From: Folioceros fuciformis
Taxonomy: Eukaryota
Direction of reading: 5' to 3'
NCBI GenBank assembly: GCA_049999805.1
Contig: JBNGIO010006336.1
Coordinates: 61,110 to 81,109, forward strand
DNA: 20,000 nt
In this document: positions 8,599-20,000 of the stretch, in pieces
How positions within the stretch are numbered: position 1 is the first letter of the stretch
Layout of the letters: each line of letters opens with the position of its first letter
Translations under genes and position numbers: made by a program
The notes under the pieces: model-generated
Databases searched by the model: none
Seen by the model: only the letters and a program-made list of their open reading frames with translations
What the model was told of the DNA's origin: nothing

Positions 8599-10454
8599 TG
8601 GCCCTCAGCAAGGTCTGAGGCGGCATTTATGGTCGTATGTGGCACCTAGCCCGGACTGGACCGAGGGGTACCTACCGTATTTTCTCGCGTCCTCTATGAG
8701 ATTAGACTGAGCTGATTCCTTGTTCCTCAAAGACAATTGTTTTTGGGATTTGAGTAGAAACTATGGTTGCCTCTATGTCGACGGGTGGAGTTTGTGCATG
8801 GTCCGTTTTACTTACTGAAAATGATCATTGTCACAGCTTTCGGACTGTCAGATGAGTCACTACAAATTGGTCACTGTAGTACAATTGCGTAGTCGGAGCT
8901 CTGGAAGTAGAGAAAATTGGAACAGTGAGTCCCAAGTATGACTTTGTCTACCTTGAAACTCATTGTGCAGTCATGTGGTAGGATAGAGATCGTGCAGAGT
9001 TGAGGTACCCATTACACTACGAAGCCGTGAGCTCTGCGTTTGGATTTCCTGTTTCCTTTCAAGAGATGTTGCCAAGACGACCTTGTCGTTCCAGATATCC
9101 GCTGTGTGCAATCCGCTTCGGTGGCATGCAAATTTAATGTCATGAATTCATCTGAACTTTGCTCCTCGTCCGCACGTATATTTTACATGTTTCTCCCGTG
9201 CTGAATCACGCCCAAGCACGTCTAGGGCTCCGAGCACATGTACGGCCGCGAACACCGATGAGTATGCTTATGCAGATACTGAGGAGTCACTGTATGTCTA
9301 ACTTCAGGCGTGGCCAGCCGTCAAGCCCCAGCTGCTTGTTTGCAACTCCCTAGGCCTGAGACTGTGGGATCCAACCCTTAGCCGAACCCCTGGCCCGTCA
9401 GATCATCCCCTGGAATTATGAGGTCACGTTCCAGCGTAACCCTGTCTTGGTCGTCGCTCCGGCTGTTCCAAGAATTCTTCTCTCGACACCCCGTTTTTAA
9501 GTTAGGCATTCATCATGGCCTCGAACGTTGAGGGAATTGCATGTCCGCCCTCGGAAACCTCAAGAATCATGGCCAATTCTTGGTCTACTTTCCGGGCAGG
9601 TATTGGAGGTGAAGGACGCTTTCATTGCACAACATTACGCAGTTGACCTAAAGCTGGATTTGAATTTAACTAGCCCGAGAGTTAAACATGCAGCTACCGT
9701 ACAAGTGATTGCTGCAGCCGGTTGTTGAATGCATGTCCCGACTCATGACGCTTCCGACTGCCGGATCGCACGCTACAGCCAAGGATGCAATCTGTGAGGA
9801 CTCAAGCCTCTTAGCACAAATTGAATTCTGTGACAGTCACTGAACACGGTTTGCCGTCCAGCATACCTTTGGAAAGCTTTCAGGACCCTTTTGCTTTTTC
9901 AGCATTCGCACAATCGCAAATTGTCTAGAACAACTAGTTGCTTAGAACACAGGAAGTAGAACAGAACCAAGCAAAAGAAACTCTCCAATCCAATTGCCAT
10001 ACACGACAACAAGAAAGAAAATTGAACATGCCAGTAAGATGGACCGAAGACAGAGGGTCTTGACATGCAAAGGATTTCAATGAAAACTTCTCCGATCTGA
10101 ATACCCTAGGTGACAACAAGAAAGAAAGAAAACAATCAAGGTCCAGTATGTGACAGCAAGAAGGAAAAGAAACAATATGGATGGGCGCTAAGTGCTCCTT
10201 GAACTATTCCTTAAGCTGGATAGCATTGCTAAGACTAATAAGCCTTTGGAAACACCTCACTCTGGAGATAGCTCCACACGTCTTTGTCCTTGCATGCAAG
10301 ACTCATCACCTAGCCTAATTATACTAGTAGAGGGAACAAACTAATCCAGTTCAAAGGTTTTGAACTTTAGGAGTTTCCAAGGTAAAAGAAATAAAATTTA
10401 TATAGTCCCCAATCCCAACATTGATTAGCCTAGACACATGGTTAACTTCAAAGT

Positions 10455-11813
10455 TTCAATTGTAACTTCCCTTCTCTACTACCAGTATGGGCCAACAGTT
10501 GAGGGGGTTTTGGTGCTTCATTTAGCGGCAGACACAAGGCAAGGCGATCGCTTAAGGGACGCCTCTTTGCGATGGCTTAATTTAGAGCCCAATTTATTGT
10601 TGCCTCATCAATTACTGATTGCTGTATATCCCTCTATGCCAAACAATACTCACATTTTGGGGCTACAAGATCACACAAGTGAAGCTTTCAAGCTTTATTT
10701 CCATAGAGTTTAGCTCGTATTGGTCTGAAGGTGAAGTTTTCAAAGTGCAAGGTTTGGTCTGCTTGCGAAGGATTGCCTTCTTTGATCTTCCCAGGGGTGA
10801 AATCGCTTCTTCACAAGGCCCTCGAGTTTCTGGAGTCCTGGTGGACCCTTCAACCTTTGCCCAAGGCTTTGTGGATGTTGCCCTTTAGGAGGACCTAGCC
10901 CATGAGGGTTATCTTGCCAATTTAGGGGACCCACAATTGGCTTTCAGGATTCTTTCCTCATGTTTTGCATGTTGTCCAATGTTTCGCATGTTGTCCAAGG
11001 CTTTAGGCTAACTTCTTCGGGATTCTTCTATCCCCAAGCCCGTTCGTGCTCAAGAAAGGGAGTAACCTCTTGGCTCTTGGCTTGACCTAGCATCTAGACT
11101 TTCCCAATCCTACCAACCACATTCTCTACTGCGATATGGTTTCACCTTGGTTTGGTCCAAAACTTTGGTATGCTCTCCTCTTGCAGCTGCAGGGCGCCAC
11201 TAGACAACTCTGGTACTCATCTTGCTCATTACCCTGTTGGAGGTCAAGGGATTGCTACGCATGACACCATGCAAGATATCATGTTTTCGTTTGGCTTTTT
11301 GCTCTTATGCAAGCGCCCATACACTCTACGTAATGGCGTTTCTCTTCGGGCTAACCTTTTGCTCATCTAGGAAGAATTACAAGTTTTTCTTGTTGACGTG
11401 ACCACATAACTGACCTGACACGGGTTACCGTCTGCAAACATGTTGTCCTCAACTCCCCGGGTCGGGCAACGGAGGGGAGTGCATCAGCCAAGGTTCACAA
11501 GTACACCCCTCTACAAGCCGGACACACCTTTATCGCTCTTGCCCTTGAGGCCCACGGGGCCATGTGCAGTGCATTTTTCAAGTTTTTGAAGTGTTGCGCG
11601 AAGGCGATTCATAACAAGAAAAATGGGCTTGGTCTTTCTCTTTCATTGATTATACCATTTTTTCGGCAAAGGGTTTCCATTGCTCTCGAGAGATCGTTGG
11701 GTAATGCCATACATATGATAACAACGTTGGTAAGAGAGGCGACATCAGCAACTCTAATGACAAGTAGGCCCTTTCTCCTCCCGAACCAAGATATTTTAGG
11801 TGCTATTGTGTGA
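10455..11813 (+). mobile_element. Decayed, 5'-truncated CRE-like (RLE-type) non-LTR retrotransposon, copy 2 (partial RT + CCHC zinc knuckle + restriction-like endonuclease)
   Basis: Frameshifted motifs in the expected order: TRQGDRL (RT QGDPL), SMPNNTHILG (degenerate YADD-T-H-I), GVLVDP..FAQGFV, CSCRAPLDNSGTHLAHYPVGG..IATHDTMQD (zinc knuckle), LRANLLL..VDVT (R-x-D..D-V), SAKVHKY..TFIALALEAHG (K-x-K-Y..F-x-P..E-x-x-G), FFRQRVSIALERSLGNAI. Confidence 0.8.
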
Positions 11814-12124
11814 AGCATGGTAGGTACACAAATTTTTCTTTTGGAGGCTTGAAGCATACCCTCCTCTTGTTTTGAGAGGCTACACACCTTTCACTCATAT
11901 ACAATTCAAGGGTGCTCAAACCCCTCCTAATTCTAACACCTAGACCTCTAGCCTTGTGTACACTCATATTTCATCTAGCCTCAAGGCCCTCTTGATCTCA
12001 CCCACAAAATCCAAGCATTATTTTATAATTTAATAATCCACAATATATATATACTTACTCAAATATTCATCCTAATTATGTCAATTAATATTTTTAATGA
12101 AATAGTTAAAGACGGGCCTAGTCA

Positions 12125-13680
12125 CTAGTGGACGCATTTCCCGGCTCTTTCCAGCTGGACGTCGTTTCCACAAGGTATCAGATGGAGGCATGCCACTGTC
12201 CCCCTAACCATTGCTACTTTACGCAATTTTCTACTGGCAATCGCAAAGTTTGAAGGAGTTCTGACAACTTGCATCCCGTACATTGCTCCACGCATGTAAG
12301 ACCTAGCTGGCAAGAATCAGCACTTACAACATCAATGATGGCTTCAGCATCTTGCATCCCGGCAGCGATATGCAGCGGGGTGATGCCCCTGGGGCCAAGC
12401 ATATCTGGAGTGAATATGGGGGCGTGCACAGCTTTCAGATCTGACAAGCCTGTCTCTGGATTTCCAGCCACATCCAGAGGCACATTAGGGGCACATGCTA
12501 GCAGAGGCTAAACCATGGATCCAGAATTCCTCCTTGCTGTTTTGTGCAACAGAATCACTCCCCCCATTCCTCCTCACTGCTCTGTGCACCAGAGTCACTC
12601 CCTCCATGCAGGTCTCCGAAACCCCCAAAGATAACCTATCCACCTCGGCGGATGCAAAGTACGAGTCCAGCACCTTCTTCACCCGAGTACACCAATCCCG
12701 TTCCACAGAGTAGACAAGCAGGCGCTCAAGACGCAAACTTATCCTACTGGCACCATCTAGATGTCCTGGTTCTGGACTAGCCATGCTCCTCTGCAACAAG
12801 CATCCTAGTTCAAAGAGGAACTTCCTCACTTCAGCATCAGCGGTCGGCCGAGCTGTGTTTGCATACTCGGATACTTCATAAGGAAGGAGACCACTGTCTT
12901 CAGGTTTCTGTCCTGATTTGTGCACTGCAACTTCTACCGCATTCTCCAGGGTGCGGACCTCTGCACCCAACGGCACTCTCCGCAACCAATACAGGTAACG
13001 TATTGCTCCGGCTTCCACTCTGCTGCACCCCAATAAAGCATCTGTACAGGAACTGAGTCGGCCACAATCAAAGCCAGACTGCTGACCGGGTAGAAGAAGA
13101 TGACCCAAAGGCCCAACTTGAGAACTCTCCACATCATCCTCTGACTCAAGTAGGGAAGGCCTTCTTTCCAGACTCTTCCCATTGTACAGGCAGTTAACTC
13201 GGGCATGAGCTTTCCAAACAAGACAAGTCTAGTCTTACGATCCAACACAACGGCAATTGGTGTAAGCGACAGAGAATGTGGAGGGAAAGGTGGTGTCATC
13301 ACCCTGTACATTTGGACCTTAGTGTCACAGATGAAGATCGTTTGTTCCTCTACCTGCACTTCAATACGTCCTGTGCTCCAAAAGCCTCGCAATCTCTAAG
13401 AGAAGGTTCCAACTCTGCCGCACTCCGCAGTCTTCCACATATCCCTCTCACGCCTCATCAGGTAAAGCAAAATCGTTAACATTAGACAGCCTGGTTTGAA
13501 GTAGGTCTCCATATGTACGGGTGCATGGGACAACCAGAGCGGAGGCCCTGGGGAATGCCTCCTGGATTGCTATCAAACAACTTGATCTGTATCCGACCAA
13601 CCAAATGTTGGTCGTCTGCATTTGAGGTCACCGGAGAGAAGTCTGATCCCGAACCGGAGTTTTCACTTGACATGTCTTCT
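12125..13680 (-). pseudogene. SPL1/SPL12-clade SQUAMOSA-promoter-binding-like (ankyrin-containing) pseudogene, C-terminal two thirds, frameshifted and apparently intronless
   Basis: Colinear motifs across frames: GRIQIKLFDSNP..LRS, METYFKPGC.MLT, FWSTGRIEVQV, SLTPIAV, AEVRTLE, FLFELGCLLQRS, LLVYSVERDWC..VKKVLD, LVHRAVRRN, FTPDMLGPRGITPLHIAAG..AEAIID, RGTVACLHLI. These match SPL1-type GRIVFKLF..MESYIRPGC..FIHEIGWLL..LLHRAVRKN..GLTPLHIAAG. There are multiple frameshifts, and I could not recognise an SBP domain upstream. Confidence 0.85.
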
Positions 13681-16489
13681 GAGTTGCTGGTTGCTGCAAG
13701 TGTAGAGTTGGCTGCGAAGAGTCCGCATCCTCGAGTTGAGACATTCTGCTCTGCCCATTCAACAAGGCCAGCATGCCATTTCCCACCCCATCTCGACCAG
13801 GACTAGCGGATGTATCATTCATCGTAGCAGAACTATCACTGCTAGATTGAAGTGGGAATATTCCGGAGGCACCCACCTCCGCCTTCGAGGACCAACATCA
13901 CAGCATGCCAGGTGGGTGGCTACCGCAACCCTGCTGGAACCACTACCTTAGACCATCTCTGGAGCCTTGGTCGAACAGCCGAGGTGTGGGACAGACGGCG
14001 CCAGTGCTGGAAGACGAAATCAACCTGGACCTGGTCCAATGACTGCTAAAACAGACAACTCTTCCGACTCACACGGACTGGAATCAGGGTGGGTCAGCGC
14101 AATCGTGGTGGGCCCATAACCAGTCAATCCCACGATCGGACCCTGGCTTTGATGGGCTCAGCGTCCCTCGAGCCACTCTTGCTACTGCACAGCTGTGCAG
14201 CAACCAAACCTCCCTCCCCAACCCCCCTGGCATTCTACTCCTTGCGCTTTTCTTCTATAATGTGCCCAATTGTCGCTTCTGTTTTGGAGTCTCCACACCA
14301 GGTGCCATGCAAATCTCGTCAAAATGATGACATCTGCAGTGTTGCGCAAGCTTGGAAGATAATTTGAGTCGTCGGATGCCATTGCTATCATTCGCAGTGG
14401 AAACCCTTCAGAGTTATGGGGAGGAGAGGAGTGAGCTACCCACGAGTGCAGCAAAGTGAGGGCCGGGCCGAGTCACCAAATATCCCCACTGTGCACCATC
14501 AAAGAAAGGTGTCCTTCAAGAATCATCCTCGTCATGACAACAGGAACGGAGACCATACCCATGATCTTTAGAGAATTGAGCTGAAAAGCCCAGCCCAGGG
14601 CCAGAGCTCTTTTCACGCGGGACTCCCTGGAAGTGCCTCCCAAGGCCAGAGCAACCTCAATCTGAAACAAACAGCAGTATCAGACAAATCACTGACAAGC
14701 GTTGATGAAGACAAGGATGCGTATGCATATTACTCAGGAGGGGGGTACCACAACCTGATTTGCATGGGAAGACACTGGAGTATGGATGGTGTCCAAAGTC
14801 ATGCAAACCATGATGATGGCCGGCCAAAGGACAGGTGGCCCAACCTGATGACATCGTCAAGGCTTGCCCCATCGGAGCTCTGATCCAGTATCCTAGTCTG
14901 CGGCCCAAGATGGAAGCCCGAAGGAACCTGAAATAGCAGCTTTTGAACGAACCGCAATCTGCCGAGCAAAGAATACATGTCAGTGGGTTGTCCTCGAAGC
15001 ATATCCATCAATCTGGACTGTGACCGTCAGAGGGATGTCTCGATGGTTGTGGACAAAGTGAAAAAAGAAACTTTGTTTACTAGCACAAACCGATACCATG
15101 AGAAGACCAGTTCGCTCCCCGTGACCGGGTTGCTGACGTAGTCTGTATTGGTAAAAGGTGGTCCCGGTGTTCAAAGTCGCCACAGTTACTGTTAAAGCCT
15201 TGTACCACGAGCATGAGTCTGCTCTACCTATCAATAGTGTGTGGCAACACGCCAAGCTAACAACCCTAGGGGAAGGGCAACTTGCTTCAGTCTATCTACC
15301 GTGGCTGGAGACGGGTCATACCAGTTCCTACAATACGCGGGCTGGATGGCACCAACATTCTGCAAAGTCATGCACCAGGCAGGCTCCGGGAGTAGCAAGG
15401 CATTCCCGAGGTGCTGTTGTTGGAGGGACCACAACCCATCTCCTGGGCTGCCATTGGTAGATCAAATTTTTGCAGGCTAAGGATGATGCCCTTGTTGTGA
15501 CCCGAAAGACACCCTCTCAAATGCAGCTAGGTGAAAAAAGTCCTTGTGCTTGTGACCCCTACTCTGCGGGATGTAAACCTTCGGGTGCCTGCCAATCTGT
15601 ACACACAAGAGGAGGCAAGTGTGGAGATTAGAATCCGTCACTTTGCCCACATAGAGAGGTAATTTGCACGTGACAACAAAGCCAGAGTCTGACAAAGAGA
15701 AGGTCGGCTGCTGCTTGATGCTCGGGGTGGGGTGGCTTCGGTAGTTAAGCGGTGCAGAAGAATGTGACGCAAGGCCTAACGTCATCTACCTTTACAGCAA
15801 CCTTTTAAGAAGTGATATTTTATCCTTTGCAATCAACTCTGAAGTTAAGGTTATTATTAATTCTATACTTAAGCATGTTGGGAGGAGGATTTTTTTTTAA
15901 TTTTTCATTCTTTGTTGAGATAATGGTGATGACAAGTGTTATTTTGAAGGAAGTTTTGATTGGTATTTATGGAGTTAAGATCCTCTTTACGTTCCAAAAA
16001 AAATATCTTTAGAATTTTTTAAGTAAAATTTATCAATAATATGTGAGAAGTAATACAGAACATAGATACAAGAGAAAAGGGCTATTACATTTCATTTGAA
16101 ACATGAACAATGAAGAATTGTGGAGAGACTAACACAGAAACTATAGAGCTAGAAACTTTGAAGCTAGATACTTTAGAAAGGAGAACACCAAAAACCAAAT
16201 AGAATAATAAACATGTAAAATATGGCTTGCACCTAATTGAGACAAAGACATTAAAGATCGCAAATAGAATCTTATGCACACAAAGGAATAACTTATGGAG
16301 CATTTTACCGCACATAGGCTCCAAGATGGTGTGAACTAAATTTGTCTCCAAAAATAGTGAAAATGAACATATTATCAAGACTTTATATTACTAGCTATAA
16401 AATAGATGCGCCAATAACCTAGTTCAACTACAAAGCAGATTTAACTCGACCCCACAAAGGCACATCTCAAGAGATGTCCTTCGTTGGGT

Positions 16490-17640
16490 CATATTGGAAA
16501 ATATTCTAATGCAATCTAGACTGTCTGCGCACAATTGGCGACATCTTCTTTTGAGGACATTATTGTGGCCTTTTGTGCTCTTCACCCCAATCTAGGGGAC
16601 TACATTTAACAAGACATTTAGGACTATGTCCCTAACGAGCCTATTTATTTCAACAAGGTGGTCTTAGCCTTTGTGCTCTCCATTGCTCCAAGTGCTTTTG
16701 GGTGGTCAGTTAGGTATAGTTTATACTCATTTTTTGGACCACTATATCCCAGAGGATTCTACTAGTGGTTTCTGCAAGTTGTTTCTTCTAGCAGCTACAA
16801 AGGTGCATAGGAAGATCCCTCCTCACTTTTATCCAGTTGGGAGCGAGCAAGTTGATGACCTTGGAGGAGCCTGCCATGTGATGTGCCGGTGCCCCATACC
16901 AGCAACATTCTCCATTACAATGTGCTTTCACTTGGGCTTAGGCCATCCTCTAGCCTTCTTTCTTTCAATGTGCTTCTGCTTAGGCTTAGTCCATCCACTG
17001 GCCTTCGTTCTTTCAATGTGCTTTCGCTTGGGCTTAATCCATCCTCAGGCCTTCTTTCTTTCAACTTGTACTTGTAGCGACCCACTTGATGTACACTTGG
17101 CTTGACATGATGTGAGCAAGGAACATATTGCTGTGCACATCTGGGATATTATGTTATCTATTGCTATGGAAGGCGAGTTTTTCCCATTTAGGGGGTACCT
17201 CTACATGTCACTTAATGGGGTTGCTCTATGGGCTAATGTGTTTATAGCCATAGCTAATTAAGTTTCTGTTGTGTATATTATTGTTATTGATCTAACAGGT
17301 GACAGCGTCTATAAACATGTTATCCTAAACTCCCTTGGATGCGGAGTAGAAGATTGCGCCATGGCAAAGGCCCATATAATTACTCTCCTCCCAGGACAAC
17401 CATACATTCATCCCCCTAGCCATTGAAACTCATGGGGCTATGGCCAAGGATTTCATGAAGTTTGTCAAGGTTTATCACAATCCCAAGGTTGGGTCCAGTC
17501 TTCCCCTTTGTTCTGTAGTTGCCCACTATAGGTAGAGGATATTCACCACTCTACAAAGAACGTTGGCTAATGTAGGGTACATGACCTTAATGAATGCAAG
17601 GGAACCCACTTGTTTCACAACCCTCACCACAAAGCACAAA
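16490..17640 (+). mobile_element. Decayed CRE-like (RLE-type) non-LTR retrotransposon, copy 3
   Basis: MCFRLGLIHP, CTCSDPLDVHLA*HDVSKEHIAVH (zinc knuckle), ALWANVF, DLTGDSVYKHVILNSLG..AMAKAH, HTFIPLAIETHGAMAKDFMKFVK, YR*RIFTTLQRTLANV. Homologous to copy 2. The 5' boundary is approximate. Confidence 0.75.
16917..17064 (+). repeat. Tandem repeat, 3 x 48 bp (in frame, 16 aa MCFxLGLxHPxAFxLS) inside retroelement copy 3
   Basis: TCAATGTGCTT...CTT.GGCTTA..CCATCC....GCCTTC.TTCTT three times. Confidence 0.9.
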
Positions 17641-19162
17641 CCTAACTGTGATCATTAAAGATCATATATATGTCCAAAGCATAATGAATAATGTTTTATA
17701 CAACACTAAGACACAAAAATTATTGTGGAACCTAGCTTGTTGTTACAGAGGCCTAAGTTCTTAGTTTAGATCAACACTCCATATTAAAGAAACACTGTAC
17801 TGGTACCTATTGCAACTACAAGAAAAGGAGTAGTGCTATGTAGTGCATCTATGAGGAGAGGAGAAGAGAACTATCTCAAAAGCTGCTACACTACCCACTA
17901 AGTGCTCTTTACTTAAAGAAATATATTGTTATGACTTCGATTTAATCACATGCATGTAAGGGGGTCAGGGCTTCTTTATGTGATGCTTGAAAGTTAACTT
18001 CTAAAGAGGATCTTGTGGTGGAATTATGCAACTTAGCCCATGACATAGTCAACATGGATTATGAAGTGAGCGTGGTGAGCTAAACTCTTAGTAAATAATC
18101 TTAAGGTGAATTTAGGTAAGCAATGATTGAAAGTCAATAGCCAATAGATTTCTATGGGATGAATGATGTACAAAAGAGGACTATTGCTGGCTGGGTGTGT
18201 TTGTCCTAATTTGTTGTTCCTTGGGTTTCATATCTACTAAAGAACGTTTAAAAGTAGCGAATTTGTCCTAAGTTTATTAAATGTTTAGGGTAAGGTTTCA
18301 CATTGGCTACCACAACGTAATGGAGGTAGTTGCCGAATGTGACCGTCGTGAATGGGCAAGGGGCAATGGAGCTGGCAGAAATGAACGGACTTCGGGAGAG
18401 AATGCGTATGCCAAGCCTTGTGAAAGTGCATCTCACGCAAAATCAGAGCCTGACGGTAACGCAAGCCAACGCATTCCGAGAGGAGAAGCGTAAGCACCAC
18501 AAGTTTGGCGCAAAGCCGTTAGTAATGTACGTAGTTGGGCCTGGAAGACTGGGCGACGTGGTCGATTTTGACATACTGGACGGGGCTACAGGGCATCTTC
18601 GAGGGAGTGGCAGCTGGTGGGACCGAAGCAGCAGCCTAGGAATTAGCAAGGAATGATGGGTGCAACGAGCTTCTTCACTCTGCTCTGCTGTTACAACTTT
18701 GCTTGCACCTGATGCCCAACGTCCCGTGTCGGCGTCGGCGTCGCTTCGCTGCACAGCAGGTGATGCGGCAAGATTCACGCTATAGCCCCTGTGGTACTGG
18801 ATTCATCGCTGCCGCTCCTCCTTCTACACACGTAGCCTACGAACATGGATATATTCGAGAAGGAAAATCCGTCTGCTGGACCTGTCTGGACGCGGACTCG
18901 GAGCCTGTAAGCAGATGATATGAGGCATGTCCATACATGGATAGAAATGGCACGGGAAGTAATGTCCATGATTCCATCCTCATCCGCTCCACACTCCGGA
19001 AAAGGCTGGCACACGGTAGAAAGCAGGGCAGTACATGTACATCATGTACAGGATGAACAGATGTTAATGACGGACGGGGCTTTTTTGCAGAGGCAAGATC
19101 GGGCCGGGCCACCAGTCCTGTGTGATCACTCCAGTCCCTGCAGCCTGCTTGTCCTGGCGCAC

Positions 19163-19205
19163 GGCAGGGTAGGGCAGGGTAGGGCAGGGTAGGGCAGGGC
19201 AAGGG
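19163..19205 (+). repeat. (GGGCAGGGTA)n minisatellite with eight G3 tracts
   Basis: GGCAGGGTAGGGCAGGGTAGGGCAGGGTAGGGCAGGGCAAGGG. Confidence 0.9.
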
Positions 19206-19940
19206 TCCCACAGTCATGGACAGTTGGGACTCTTCCCTCGCTCCAATCTGTCGTCCACCAGAACCTGCTCTCCTCTCCTCCTCGTGTCCTGCAACATGTT
19301 CCGGGAAGCAGCCCTGGAATCTGGATACAGTATCATGTGTTGCGTAGGGCAAACGCGTACATCCCATTGTGCTCTCGCTCTCGCTCTCGCCACCATGCTG
19401 CACAGACTCCAGAGCAACATAAAGGCAGAACCATGCCGATGCGCAGCAGCAGTGACATCACAGGCTCCGATGCCTCCAGCTCTAGGTCAACATCATACAC
19501 ACGAGTCCCCCACCGCCCTTCCTCCATGCCTCCACTCGCACACATCCAGAAAATAAACACAACACAACACAAAGGCGAGTCCAAGTAGGGAGCACACGGA
19601 CACGGCTACCGACCTCCCAGTCCATGGCAGTCCTGCCACTGCCGCTGCGATGCCCACTGCCACTGTTACTGCCAAACCTCTGGTCTGCCATGATTCATGG
19701 AAAAGCTAGCTAGCGGCCTTGAACCGTGTGCCGAGGCTCCACCTGTCACCTGCTCACAATGCTGCTTGCTCCCGCCTCTGCGGCTCCCGCAGATGCGACA
19801 TCGACCGAGGAAACGGATCCCGTTCACTCCACTCCACTCCCGGACAAAGCCCGAGGCTGGCCATGCAGCAAACCATGGCATCTAACAGCACGGCGTCTTC
19901 CTGCTGCCGCTGCTGCTGTCCCTGCCCCCCGTTCCGTCCA

Positions 19941-19980
19941 CCCCGCCACCCCGCCACCCCGCCACCCCGCCACCCCGCCA
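19941..19980. repeat. (CCCCGCCA)5 tandem repeat
   Basis: Five perfect 8-bp units, which read (TGGCGGGG)5 on the minus strand. Confidence 0.95.
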
Positions 19981-20000
19981 CCGGCCCTAAGGGTCCTGCA

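Noticed and set aside
14185-14200. Perfect 16-bp palindrome CTGCACAGCTGTGCAG
   Set aside because: Isolated, loopless and inside decayed sequence, with no supporting context.
15420-15480. QKFDLPMAAQEMGCG, resembling the start of an RWP-RK domain
   Set aside because: The diagnostic LKRxCR...RWPxRK motif does not follow in any frame I read.
18330-18656. 108-aa + strand ORF
   Set aside because: No recognisable domain or splice support, and its length is within chance expectation for GC-rich DNA.
19220-19600. Partial resemblances to miR319, miR408 and miR535 sequences
   Set aside because: Too many mismatches and no complementary arm forming a duplex.

Overview
Eukaryotic land-plant genomic DNA, most likely from a non-flowering lineage (inferred from a miR536-like sequence, RLE-type retrotransposon relics and short GT-AG introns). 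There is a 100-N gap at 729-828. Well-supported content: a tRNA-Ser(UGA) gene (6845-6925, +); a 3-coding-exon PLAC8/cell-number-regulator-8-like gene (7553-8598, +); and a frameshifted, apparently intronless SPL1/SPL12-clade (SBP-box family, ankyrin-containing) pseudogene (~12125-13680, -). There are also three separate decayed + strand copies of a CRE-like non-LTR retrotransposon with a restriction-like endonuclease, and many short tandem duplications. The most interesting signal is not visible in the ORF track: a MIR536-like microRNA locus on the - strand. Its near-perfect miRNA/miRNA* arms (3774-3794 and 4124-4144) are about 330 nt apart, with a candidate intron inside the loop. The hairpin sits in an apparently multi-exon, non-coding primary transcript with a telo-box promoter and upstream small ORFs (possible miPEPs). 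The last ~1.8 kb is GC-rich, looks transcribed and spliced, and has G-quadruplex-prone repeats but no recognisable protein. All family assignments come from motif recall, not database searches.
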